Origin: Pseudomonadota bacterium
Lineage (GTDB): Bacteria > Myxococcota_A > UBA9042 > GCA-2863065
Direction: 5' to 3'
DNA length: 64,000 bases
Assembly: GCA_005776585.1 (NCBI GenBank)
Contig: SXOX01000044.1
Coordinates: 22,418 to 86,417 of the forward strand
In this document: piece after piece, positions 45,998-59,600 of the stretch
How positions within the stretch are numbered: position 1 is the first letter of the stretch
How the letters are laid out: each line of letters begins with the position of its first letter
Made by a program: the position numbers and the translations under genes
The notes under the pieces: model-generated
What the model was told of the DNA's origin: nothing
The model's input: the letters and a program-made list of their open reading frames with translations, nothing else
The model's database searches: none

Positions 45998-47955
45998 GCG
46001 ACGCGGGCCGGGAGTCCGTGCCCGAGACCCGCCGCACGCTCTGCAACCGCGATTGCCCGGACGCGTGCGGCATCATCGCCACGGTGGAGGCGGGGCGGGT
46101 CACCGCGCTTCGCGGCGATCCGGCGCATCCCGTCACGCGCGGCTTCCTCTGCCATCGCACGAGCCACTTCCTCAACCTCCAGTACGGACCGACCCGGCTC
46201 ACCACGCCGCTCTGGCGCCGCACGCTCGATGCGCCCTTCTCCCCCATCGGCTGGGACGCGGCCCTGGCTCTGGCGGCCGAGCAGCTGCTCCGCATTCGCG
46301 CCGAGTCGGGCCCCGCGGCCATCTTCCACTACCGTTCGGGCGGCTCGCTCGGGATGATGGCCAATGCGGTCGACCTGCTCTTCGAGCGCTTTGGTCCGGT
46401 GACGGTCAAGCGCGGGGACATCTGCTCTGGTGCCGGCGAGGCGGCGCAGGAGGCCGACTTCGGCGTGTCGGAGTCGAGCGACCTGTTCGCGCTGCGCCAC
46501 GCCAGGCACGTGCTGCTCTGGGGCAAGAACGTCGTGGTCTCGAGCCCGCACACGCTCCCCGTGCTGCGCGAGGCGATGGCGGGGGGCGCGCGCTGTGTGC
46601 TCATCGACCCCGTGTTTCACAAGACGGCGAGCTACTGCGAGCGCTTCGTGCAGGTGCGTCCGGGCGGCGACGTCGCCCTGGCGATGGCCGTGGCCGGGCT
46701 GCTCCTCGAAGCCGGCCTCAGCGACGCCGTCGCCGCGCGCTGCGATCACCTCGAGGCCTACTGCGACCTCGTGCGCTCGAAGACCATCGCCGCGTGGTGC
46801 GCCGAGGCCGACGTGCCGCTCGACGCCGCGCGCGACCTGGCCCGCCGACTTCAGGACGGGCCAACCGCCATCCTCATCGGCTGGGGCATGGGCCGGCGCT
46901 CCAACGGCTCGGCCATCGTACGCGCGGTGGACGCGCTCTCGGCCATCTCGGGCAACCTGTGGCGCCAAGGTGGCGGCGCGAGCTTCTACTATCGTCGCCG
47001 GAGCGCCTTCGACACGTCCTTCCTCGCCGGCGCCGAAGCAGCGCCACGCACCGTCTGCGAGCCGCTCTTTGGGAGCGAGGTCCTGGCGCTCCGCGATCCG
47101 CCCATTCGCGCGGTCTGGGTGACGGCCGGCAACCCGGTGGTCATGCTCCCGGACTCCAAGCGCGTCGCCGAGGCGCTGCGGAGCCGCGACTTCGTCGTGG
47201 TCGTCGATCCGTTCGAGACCGACACGACTGCGTGCGCCCACCTCGTCTTGCCCACGACCACGCTGCTCGAGGCCGACGACCTCGTCGGCGCCTACGGCCA
47301 CCACCACCTGGGTGAGGCGCGCCCGGTCGTCGCTCCGCCCGAGGGCGTGCGCTCGGACCTCGCCATCGCGCAGGGCTTGGCGAATCGGCTGGGGCTCGGT
47401 TCGCTCTTGGACGGCACGGTCGACGCGTGGAAGCGACGGCTTCTCGAGCCCAAGCTCGCCCCCCACGGTGTCACGCTCGACACGGTGCGCGCCGCGCCGA
47501 GCGGGGTCGTCCGCAACCCCCTGGCGGAGTCGGTGCTGTTCTCCGACGGCCGCGTGCACACCGCGTCCGGGCGCGTCCAGCTCACGACCGACCCCGTGGC
47601 ACCCCGCGCGGGCGAGGACGCGACCTACCCGCTCACGCTGATGGCGCTCTCGACCGACCGGAGCCAGTCGTCGCAGTGGTCGAAGCCGCCGCCCGTGCCG
47701 GCCGAGGTCACCATCCATCCGGACGCCGCCCCGGACCTGCCCGACGGCTCCCTGGCCCGCCTCACCTCGCGCCTCGGCGAGCTCGTCGTGCGCGTCCGGC
47801 ACGACCCGCGGCAGCGGCGCGACGTCGCGCTCATGGCCAAGGGCGGCTCCTATCGCCGTGGTCTTGCGGCCAACGCGTTGACCGAGGCGCGCCTCACCGA
47901 TGAGGGCGAAGGCGGCGCGCTCTACGATCAGCGCGTGCGGCTCCTCCCGCGTTGA
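45994..47955 (+). CDS. Molybdopterin (bis-MGD) oxidoreductase family protein
   Basis: GTG start overlapping the TPR stop (GTGA). N-terminal Cys cluster TLCNRDCPDACGI. The remainder has molybdopterin oxidoreductase-like composition (HYRSGGSLGMM..., VWVTAGNPVVMLPDS..., C-terminal MPT-binding-like barrel). No ATG lies near the 5' end. The track ORF extends spuriously to 44821. Confidence 0.8.
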   Translation: MSDAGRESVPETRRTLCNRDCPDACGIIATVEAGRVTALRGDPAHPVTRGFLCHRTSHFLNLQYGPTRLTTPLWRRTLDAPFSPIGWDAALALAAEQLLRIRAESGPAAIFHYRSGGSLGMMANAVDLLFERFGPVTVKRGDICSGAGEAAQEADFGVSESSDLFALRHARHVLLWGKNVVVSSPHTLPVLREAMAGGARCVLIDPVFHKTASYCERFVQVRPGGDVALAMAVAGLLLEAGLSDAVAARCDHLEAYCDLVRSKTIAAWCAEADVPLDAARDLARRLQDGPTAILIGWGMGRRSNGSAIVRAVDALSAISGNLWRQGGGASFYYRRRSAFDTSFLAGAEAAPRTVCEPLFGSEVLALRDPPIRAVWVTAGNPVVMLPDSKRVAEALRSRDFVVVVDPFETDTTACAHLVLPTTTLLEADDLVGAYGHHHLGEARPVVAPPEGVRSDLAIAQGLANRLGLGSLLDGTVDAWKRRLLEPKLAPHGVTLDTVRAAPSGVVRNPLAESVLFSDGRVHTASGRVQLTTDPVAPRAGEDATYPLTLMALSTDRSQSSQWSKPPPVPAEVTIHPDAAPDLPDGSLARLTSRLGELVVRVRHDPRQRRDVALMAKGGSYRRGLAANALTEARLTDEGEGGALYDQRVRLLPR

Positions 47956-47986
47956 CGACCCGCACGCCAAGGCCTACGGTCGCTCC

Positions 47987-48463
47987 ATGAACCCACTCAC
48001 GCTCATCGGCGCGCTCCGCGTCCAGCGCATCATTCACGGCGCGCTCATGGCCTCGGTCGTCGTCTATGCCGTCATCGGCGCGGTGGTCTCGAAATCGACC
48101 GCGGAACCGACCCCGCCGGTCGCGCCCACGCTCGTCTACACTCTCGTCGGCGTCGCAGCCGCCATCCTGCTGGTGCTGCCGCTGCTGCGGCGCACGCTAC
48201 TACCGCCGATGCGCGAAGGGATGACCCTGCCGGACGACGCGCCGCTCGACCGCGCGCAGACCGCCATCGCGCGCTTGAACACGGCCAACATCCTCACCTG
48301 GGCGCTGACGGAGTCCGCGGCCATCTTCGGTCTGGTGCTCACGTTCCTGTCACACGAGCCAAAGTACATCTATGGTCTGGGCGCTGCCGCGGCCGTCGTG
48401 CTGGTGCAGTACGCACCCCGCCGCGCGTGGATCGAGCAGGCCGTCACGGCCGCCAAGGACTGA
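47987..48463 (+). CDS. Small hypothetical integral membrane protein (~4 TM)
   Basis: ATG at 47987. MNPLTLIGALRVQRIIHGALMASVVVYAVIGAVV... with hydrophobic helices throughout. Confidence 0.5.
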   Translation: MNPLTLIGALRVQRIIHGALMASVVVYAVIGAVVSKSTAEPTPPVAPTLVYTLVGVAAAILLVLPLLRRTLLPPMREGMTLPDDAPLDRAQTAIARLNTANILTWALTESAAIFGLVLTFLSHEPKYIYGLGAAAAVVLVQYAPRRAWIEQAVTAAKD

Positions 48464-48542
48464 CCGGCCTCACTTGCCAGCCCGCGCGTGCACGGGCATC
48501 GTGCGCGCTAGCACTGCCCATCAACCCTCATCGGAGAACACA

Positions 48543-49004
48543 ATGACTCGCTTCACGACTCGCTCTGCTCTCGTCTTCGCGCTCGCCCTGGTCACCCTGC
48601 CGGCCTCGCGCGCCGCGGCCGATCCGCCGACGCAGAAGCTGCTCCACACCATTGGCGCGCTCGGGGCCTCGAGCATCTACTCGATCTACGTCCAGATTGG
48701 GCTCCTGGGCGACGCCTACGCGGCCAAGGCCTACGAGGCCGACAAGGCCGGCGAGATCGCCAAAGAGGCCGCCAACATGGCCAAGCAGCTGGCCAAGACC
48801 TTCAACGAGCTCGAGAAGTCGGGCGTCGACAAGGACGACCAGAAGTCGTGCAAGGAGATGGCCGGCATCCTGAACGACCTCGAGCGTGAGGCCAGCGCAC
48901 TCGAGCGCTACATCCGGACGAAGAGCAAGGAGGACGCCGCGGAGTTCGACCGCGCGCGCAAGACCGCGTGGCCCAAGATCAAGACGCTGCTCGGGATCAA
49001 GTAG
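48543..49004 (+). CDS. Small secreted alpha-helical hypothetical protein (gene X); its 3' half is duplicated at 50045-50287
   Basis: GGAGA 7 nt upstream of the ATG at 48543. Signal peptide MTRFTTRSALVFALALVTLPASRAAA. The Lys/Glu/Ala-rich mature part ends ...KTAWPKIKTLLGIK*. Confidence 0.6.
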   Translation: MTRFTTRSALVFALALVTLPASRAAADPPTQKLLHTIGALGASSIYSIYVQIGLLGDAYAAKAYEADKAGEIAKEAANMAKQLAKTFNELEKSGVDKDDQKSCKEMAGILNDLEREASALERYIRTKSKEDAAEFDRARKTAWPKIKTLLGIK

Positions 49005-49075
49005 GCACTCACTTCATTCACGCACACGTCCCATCCTCGAGGCAGACGTCATCGTCGACCCGACGTCGATCGCTC
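49005..49075 (-). pseudogene. Remnant of the 3' end of an alpha/beta-hydrolase-lipoprotein paralog (homologous to the end of gene 50961-53753), carrying a Trp to stop change
   Basis: The minus-strand reading ...DDDVCLEDGTCA*MK* aligns with the genuine gene end VVDDDVCLEDGTCPWMK* at 50961-51010 (~85% nt identity over ~65 bp). TGG became TGA. Confidence 0.55.
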
Positions 49076-49088
49076 TCGCCGTGGTGCG

Positions 49089-49541
49089 TCATTTCGGGTT
49101 GCCCGCGCACGCCGGTAGCGAGAAGGCCTCCGGGGGGCGCCAGCGCAGCCCCGTGATGCGATCAAAGCCTCGATCGTCACTTACGAGAACTTGGTCGTGT
49201 CCCATCGCGAGCGATGCCAAGTGCAGGTCGTAGAAGCCGTTCCCGCGGGCTCCGTGCTGGCGGCAGAGACGGTCGAAGTGCTCCCAACTCGCGCGGGTAT
49301 CGCCGAGGACACGGGTGTTTGGGCGGGACCGCCAGCGCGACACCGCCTCCAGTGCCACGGCGGTGGGTGTCGGCGTCCGCCAAAGCGCCGCGTGGGTCAC
49401 CAGCCTCAAGAAGCCGTTCCACGTGTGCGCGCAAAGCGCCATGCCGTCGGCGCAAGGCCCATCGACGACGGCCAGAGCCAATTCGTGCAGAGCGTGGTCC
49501 TCACGGTGGGCGGCCACGAGGATGTTGACGTCCAGGAGCAT
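49089..49541 (-). CDS. vapC: PIN-domain toxin VapC (type II toxin-antitoxin)
   Basis: MLLDVNILVAAHREDHALHE...FYDLHLASLAMGHDQVLVSDDRGF carries the PIN acidic residues (D4, E, D, D). ATG at 49541 overlaps the antitoxin stop. Confidence 0.8.
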   Translation of the reverse strand: MLLDVNILVAAHREDHALHELALAVVDGPCADGMALCAHTWNGFLRLVTHAALWRTPTPTAVALEAVSRWRSRPNTRVLGDTRASWEHFDRLCRQHGARGNGFYDLHLASLAMGHDQVLVSDDRGFDRITGLRWRPPEAFSLPACAGNPK

Positions 49542-49792
49542 CAGCGACGGCCCAGCTTGCGTTCGTAGAACTCATCATCGAGCTCAGCCACCACCCGAGC
49601 GACGTCGACAACCTGCCGGTCGGCGGGATCCCCGAAGACGAGTGTCGACGTCGTCGAACGGGTTGGGACGGTCGCCTCAAAGCCACGTCGAATGGCTCGG
49701 TTCACGACCTCGCTCAATGAGAGCCCAAGAGCCACGGCATCCTCTTTGGCGCGTCGCAACAGGTCATCGTCAACGGTCAGTGTGGTTCGCAT
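49541..49792 (-). CDS. vapB: VapB-type antitoxin (ribbon-helix-helix / CopG-like)
   Basis: MRTTLTVDDDLLRRAKEDAVALGLSLSEVVNRAIRRG is an RHH antitoxin N-terminus. It sits immediately upstream of vapC with overlapping stop and start. Confidence 0.7.
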   Translation of the reverse strand: MRTTLTVDDDLLRRAKEDAVALGLSLSEVVNRAIRRGFEATVPTRSTTSTLVFGDPADRQVVDVARVVAELDDEFYERKLGRR

Positions 49793-50044
49793 GACCGGCA
49801 GTGTATCAACGTGCGCATCAAGATGCAACGCACGGCGGATAAGGTCAGTAAACGTGGTCGGTGGCGCGAGTTCGGCACACGAGGGGCGCTACGCCCGGCT
49901 CCCGGGAGCGGTCAAGCGCAGTCTTGAGCGTCCGATTCGCAGACTACGGAGTCAACTTATGGCGGAGCCTGGGGAGGCGACAGCCAGGACGCCTCGTTTG
50001 GGTGCGATCGGGCGCACCCGTGCGCTCACGCCAGAGCGCGTCGT

Positions 50045-50287
50045 CAGGCCGCCAACATGGCCAAGCAGCCGGCCAAGACCTTCAACGAGCTCGAGAAGTC
50101 GGGCGTCGACAAGGACGACCAGAAGTCGTGCAAGGAGATGGCCGGCATCCTGAACGATCTCGAGCGTGAGGCCAGCGCGCTGGAGCGCTACATCCGGACC
50201 AAGACCAAGGAGGACGCGGCGGAGTTCGACCGCGCGCGCAAGACCGCGTGGCCCATGATCAAGGCGCTGCTCGGGATCAAGTAGGCG
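50045..50287 (+). pseudogene. Partial duplicate (3' half, ~96% nt identity) of gene X 48766-49008, lacking its own 5' half and signal peptide
   Basis: It encodes ...MAKQPAKTFNELEKSGVDKDDQKSCKEMAGILNDLEREASALERYIRTKTKEDAAEFDRARKTAWPMIKALLGIK*, versus ...MAKQLAKTFNELEKSGVDKDDQKSCKEMAGILNDLEREASALERYIRTKSKEDAAEFDRARKTAWPKIKTLLGIK*. Identity stops abruptly on both sides. Confidence 0.75.
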
Positions 50288-50337
50288 GCGTCAGTCCTCG
50301 AACGTGACGGACACGCCAACGAACAACACCTGGTTGT

Positions 50338-50889
50338 TCACTTCGCCTCCCTGCTACGCTTCCACTCGGCGACCTCGATGATCCCCAGGAGCGTCTTCTC
50401 AGCAAAGGCACCCAGGAGTCTCTTCGCAATGCTGCGCGCCTTGTCGAGGTCGACCACTCCGAGCCCAAGCAGGGTCTCGATGTCGAGCACATCGCGAGGC
50501 CGCCCCGCGATCATCTTCATGATGACCAGGTACTCCGGGGTCGCCACGTTGACCGAAACACCATCGATCCGTTGCGGAAAGTCGAGCGCTTCGTCGAACA
50601 CCGCGGCGAAGTCATCGTCGCGGAGGATCCAATCGACCGGAACTCCGCCGGTCGTGTGGGATTGGTAGCCGCCAAATGAGAGCGGCCGCTCGGGCACCAG
50701 CTCCGAGAGCGCCGAGCTTGCCGCAAAGTCAACGTCCGCGGTGAAGCGATCTCCACCATACATCTGAAGAGCGACCCCACCCACGAGGACCACCCGAATC
50801 TGGTGACGCGCGGCCAGTGCGGCGATCTCGTCCAGGGCGCCCTCGACCTCTTCAATCGAGAGCACCTTCTTCCTGGTCGGTCCGGTCAT
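50338..50889 (-). CDS. Nucleotidyltransferase-fold protein resembling the AbiEii/AbiGii toxin family (orphan; no AbiEi-like partner adjacent)
   Basis: IRVVLVGGVALQMYGGDRFTADVDFAAS matches the GGxAL...R.T.DhDF NTase core of AbiEii (DUF1814)-type proteins. At 183 aa it is shorter than typical members. It lies between the gene X duplicate and the hydrolase gene. Confidence 0.5.
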   Translation of the reverse strand: MTGPTRKKVLSIEEVEGALDEIAALAARHQIRVVLVGGVALQMYGGDRFTADVDFAASSALSELVPERPLSFGGYQSHTTGGVPVDWILRDDDFAAVFDEALDFPQRIDGVSVNVATPEYLVIMKMIAGRPRDVLDIETLLGLGVVDLDKARSIAKRLLGAFAEKTLLGIIEVAEWKRSREAK

Positions 50890-50960
50890 GGCTCACTCCC
50901 CCGCAGGTACGCGTCGACCGTGTCGGCCAGTTCCCCAGCCCGCGTCATGCATCAATGGCC

Positions 50961-55114
<4,154 letters not shown>

Positions 55115-55540
55115 TCAATCGGGTGCTGCAGGCGCGCGAAGACGGTGCCCCTCGGACGCGTCGCGGAGCGCCTGGTCGGCAGTCACGAGCGCGGCCCCAT
55201 GGCGTTCGGCCAAGGCCAGGAACAACGCGTCGTAGACGGTCAGGCCCTGGCGGCGAGCCAGCTCGACGGCGCTCGGGAGCAGCTCGCGGTGCGTCACGAG
55301 ATTCACCGGGAGCGCCACGATCGCCTCGAGCACCTCCGCGGCCTCGCTCGGCGTGAGGTGGCCGCGTTGCTCCTTCTTCCAGAGCACCTGGGCCACCTCG
55401 GCAAGCAGGAGCTCGGGCGCGAGCAGCAGCACCTCGCCGCGAGCGGCGTCCTCGATGGCGGAGAGCATGCGGTCGGGGAGAGGGCCATCGGGCACGTACA
55501 GGCGCACGACTGCGGAGGTATCGAGGACCACGCGCCTCAT
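55115..55540 (-). CDS. vapC: PIN-domain toxin VapC (second module)
   Basis: MRRVVLDTSAVVRLYVPDGP...TVYDALFLALAERHGAALVTADQAL shows the PIN fold signature. The ATG overlaps the upstream antitoxin by 4 bp. Confidence 0.8.
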   Translation of the reverse strand: MRRVVLDTSAVVRLYVPDGPLPDRMLSAIEDAARGEVLLLAPELLLAEVAQVLWKKEQRGHLTPSEAAEVLEAIVALPVNLVTHRELLPSAVELARRQGLTVYDALFLALAERHGAALVTADQALRDASEGHRLRAPAAPD

Positions 55541-55767
55541 CGCCGGCGCTCCTCGCGCACCTCCGCCACGGCGTCGCCGAGGTCGCGACCGGCCAGACGC
55601 TCGCGAATCGCCTGTGCGCGCAGGAGAGGCGACTCGGTGTCCCAGAGTCGCGCCTGCTCCAGCCGCACGAGGGCCTCCTGTTGGAGGCTGCGGCGATTGC
55701 GCGACGCGAGCCGCTTGAGGAGTGCGTACAGGTCGTCGGGGACGTCGCGAATGGTGAGGACGGGCAT
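55537..55767 (-). CDS. vapB: Antitoxin (FitA/VapB-like, ribbon-helix-helix)
   Basis: MPVLTIRDVPDDLYALLKRLASRNRRSLQQEALVRLEQ is a classic RHH antitoxin. GGAGG 5-6 nt upstream of the ATG at 55767. Confidence 0.7.
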   Translation of the reverse strand: MPVLTIRDVPDDLYALLKRLASRNRRSLQQEALVRLEQARLWDTESPLLRAQAIRERLAGRDLGDAVAEVREERRR

Positions 55768-55858
55768 GGGGACCTCCGACCGCATCGTGCAGCGCCTGCA
55801 AAGTGCAGTCAACCCGCAGGGCTGGCAGAGCCGCGCGACTCAGGCTAGCCTCCGCGCG

Positions 55859-56188
55859 ATGCGACTGCTCACCCTCGCCGCCCTCTCGCTCGCCCTGTGC
55901 GTGACCCACTGCGCCAAGGAAGACTCCGCCACCGGCGCGACGGCCACCGACATCGGTGCCGCGGACGGGACCACGGGGAACAGCTCCGTGGACATCCCGG
56001 TCATCGAGCCGTGCGTGGGCATCAAGCCCGATAAGAAGGCCGAGCAGTTCAACGACGCGTGCGCGGGCGTCGACAAGTGCACGCAGCTCGTGCCCGACAC
56101 GTCGAAGTGCCACTGCACCTTCTGTGGTCCGGTGGCCAACAAGATCGTCTGCCTCCAGTCGGGCTGCCCGACGCCCGGAGGCGGCTGA
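55859..56188 (+). CDS. Small Cys-rich secreted or lipo-protein (109 aa), translationally coupled to moaC
   Basis: Signal [18 protein letters not shown]. 8 Cys in the mature part. Its stop TGA overlaps the moaC ATG (TGATG). Weak SD. Confidence 0.45.
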   Translation: MRLLTLAALSLALCVTHCAKEDSATGATATDIGAADGTTGNSSVDIPVIEPCVGIKPDKKAEQFNDACAGVDKCTQLVPDTSKCHCTFCGPVANKIVCLQSGCPTPGGG

Positions 56189-56685
56189 TGGGGACTGAAA
56201 CCGCGGCGACGCTGACGCACCTCGATGCCGAAGGCACGGCGCGCATGGTCGACGTCGGCGGCAAGACCGAGACGGAGCGCGTGGCGGTGGCGACCTCGGC
56301 GGTCACCATGGCCCCCGAGACGCTCCGGCTCATCGTGGCGCAGGCGCTGCCGAAGGGCGACGTGCTCACCGTCGCGCGCATCGCGGGCATCCAGGCGGCC
56401 AAGCGCACGGCGGACCTCATCCCGCTGTGTCACCCGCTCATGCTGTCGCACGTCGAGGTCACCCTCGTGCCCGACGCGACGCTGCCGGGTCTGACGATTC
56501 GGGCCACGGTGCGCTGCCACGGCCGCACGGGCGTCGAGATGGAGGCGCTGACGGCGGCGTCGGTCGCGGGGCTCACGATTTATGACATGGCCAAGGCCGT
56601 CGATCGGGGCATGACGCTCGGCCCGCTCCGTGTGGTGGAGAAGCGCGGCGGCAAATCGGGCGACTGGACGGCTACTTCGGCTTGA
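56188..56685 (+). CDS. moaC: Cyclic pyranopterin monophosphate synthase accessory protein MoaC
   Basis: [25 protein letters not shown]...[28 protein letters not shown]...[20 protein letters not shown] is the MoaC signature. GGAGG 7 nt upstream. Confidence 0.9.
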   Translation: MGTETAATLTHLDAEGTARMVDVGGKTETERVAVATSAVTMAPETLRLIVAQALPKGDVLTVARIAGIQAAKRTADLIPLCHPLMLSHVEVTLVPDATLPGLTIRATVRCHGRTGVEMEALTAASVAGLTIYDMAKAVDRGMTLGPLRVVEKRGGKSGDWTATSA

Positions 56686-59600
56686 CGCAGGTCCCACTGC
56701 CGCCCGGCGTCGAGCGCAGGAAGGCCAGCGACTTCGCCGTCGATGAGAGCGTCACCACGTCCACGCAGTCATCCGCCTTGCCAAAGGGCGCGACCGCGAA
56801 CTGGTCAGCGCCGACGTTCGTCGGGATGGTCACGACCACGGGCGTCGGCGTGCGGAAGAGCATCGGTCCGTGCGCGAGGATGGCATAGAGCGTCGCGTTC
56901 GGGGGGTCGAGCACCAGGACATCCCAGAAGCCGTCACCATTGATGTCGGCGGCCTCGACCTGACCGAGCGTCGTCGAAGGCGTCCCTTCGACCGGCAGCT
57001 GCGCGACGTCGAAGGGCGAGTCGAACTCACCGGCGCCGAGCCCGCGCGTCATGCGGACGTAGCCCGCGGCCAGAGTCCCGACGATCTCGGCCTGCCCATC
57101 ACCGTCGAAGTCATGCACGGCGAACGACCGGAGGCCACTGCCGATCTCGGCGACCTGCTTCCGCTCGAAGTCGCACGAGCCGGGCCCGGCGTTCTTGCCC
57201 GCATAGACGACCACACCGTTGTCCTGACCGATAAAGATGTCCATGAACGCGTCCGACGTTCCGAGACCTTCGGGTCCCAGCAGGCCGACGCGCAGCATGT
57301 CGGAGCCAGGCAGCTCTCCGGGGAACGTATCCTGCCAGGCATGGACGAGGTTCTCCGGATCGGTCGGGTTGCGCTTCCAGGCGATCACGCCGCCGATCGT
57401 CTTGCCGTTAGTGTAGGCGCGCTCGTAGATGCTGATCCAGGCCTCCGACTCCGAGGCAGGGCCGGTGCACGAGATGGAGGCGACCGCGCGCGAGCGTTCC
57501 CCGGCGAGGGTCACGCCCTGGGCGTGCCACACACCGCCTGGAGTCCCGACCGCGCAGGGGTCCGGGGCCGGGTGCTGAATGTGCGCAGGACCGAAGCTCC
57601 CGTCGCCGCGACCATAGATCACGTCGATTGAGGTGATGAGCTTGGGTTCCGGAGCCTTGGGATCGATGGGAAGCGTCGTGATGGTCGTGGTCCCAATCAC
57701 GAGGTCTGCGTCATTTCCGCCGTCGAGCTTCGTGACGGACGTGACGTCGGTGCTCGCGGCCTTGTTCGGCCCATAGGACGGCAGCACCGGATCGGTCGGG
57801 CACGTCTTGGTGATGCTCGGCTGGCCGGCGACCGGCGCAGGACAGTTCGACGGCCCGACACAGATCTCGGTCGCGGGCCGATAGAGCGAGATGGGGTTGA
57901 CCCCGCCCACGCCGAAGGACCCGGGCTGGTAGCGCCCGACCAGCCCCCCCGTGTCGCCACCGAAGGTGATGATGGGCAGCTCCGGATCCGGTGGCTTCGC
58001 CTGGCCCGTGGCCCAGCTCACCTTCTGCGGCCCTTGCCGCGCAACGACCGTGACGTCGAGGAGCCCGTCCTTGTTCGCGTCGCCCAGGGTCATCAGCTGC
58101 GGCTCGAGCCGGACATTGGGCGCACCCAGGTAGAACAGCTTGAACGGATTCTGTTGCGGCGACGGGGGGACGACCTGACCGACACCGGGTGCTTGGCCAC
58201 CGACCCACTCGATGAAGTTGACCGCCAGGTTGTCGCCCTCCGCGCACTGGTGTGTGGCGCCACCCGGCTGAGCCGGAATGGGCGTGGTAATGGACCGTGC
58301 CGCACGGAACGCCCCCTTGGGCCCGGCCAACGGCGTGCCTTTGGCCGCCGCGCCGTCCAGTCCGTACGCCACGACGAGCTCGGCGTCCGTGGTCTTTCCG
58401 TTGAGGACGACGGCGTCCCATGGCTCCGCGGGGGGCGCTTCATCGGCGACGGCCCACGGCTGCTCGAGGTGAGTCAGGATGAACCGCTGCGGAGACTTGC
58501 CGACCTCGACGACGTCATAGGGGGCGAACTGAAGTTGACCGTTCGTGCTGTAGCTTCCGCGCATCGTCCACAGGGTGCCGTCGTCCTGGGTCAGCACTAC
58601 GAGGTCCAGGGTCTTCGACGGGCTGTCGTAGTCGTCCATGAGTCGCAGCGCGAACTGCACCGGCTTGCCCTCCACGCAGCTCGCGCTGGCGATGAAGCGG
58701 GTGGACTGCGTCTGCCTGTGGAACGTCGTGCGAAAACCGCCCTTGCCGTCGCCGAACAGGACGTCGATCTCGTTGCTGTCGGGGAACAGGAGCATCGCGT
58801 CGGGGTACTGGGTCACGGGGTCATTGTCGAAATAGCCAATGGCAATCTGCGGCGGCGAGCCGAACTTGGAGGACTCGCCCGTCTGCACGGTCCCATCCGC
58901 CAGCACGCGATAGGTCGTAATCTGACCCGTCACGCCGTGGCTCGCGAGGAGCTCCGGCTTGGGCTTGGAGCCCGACTCCACGAGGAAGTCGCCAATGGTG
59001 ATCGCCGACACCTTGCCGTTGCCGTTGTGAAGCACGGGCGGGTTGAAGCAGCGGGCCTTCTGCGTCTCGCCCAGCGGCAGCAGCGTCCCGTCCAGGCCCC
59101 ACTTCGGCCGGTGGTAGGCGCAGGCCGGCCCGCCGTCCGGGTTGCCGCCCTCGACGCGGGCCAGGACGCCGAACGTGCGAACCGGGTCGTCGAAGCCGAC
59201 GACGACGTCCTTGAGCTTCTCGCTGTCGGGATCGTCGGCGGACGGGTCCCCCAAGAGGTGCCCATACACATGAGCGGAGACCGCGAAGCCGAGCGTATGC
59301 GACTCGACCTCGACGTAGCCGGCGTGGCAGCGCGTGGGGTAGCTCTCCGGCACCGGGTCGCGCGTGAGAAGCTCCTCAGGCTTGACCGCCGGGTCCTTCT
59401 CGCAGATCTCGCCGTCGTAGAGCCAAACCGCGAGGGCGGTGTCCTCCGCGGTCCCCGACACGACCACGAAGTCGGTGTAGCCGTCCCCGTTGAGGTCGTC
59501 GGGCATGAAGCGCGCGACGGCCGTGTCGATGTCCGGAAGCGAGATGGGCGACTTGAGCTTGCCCTTGCCGTCGTTGGCCGCGACCGCGAGGCCCTGGTCG

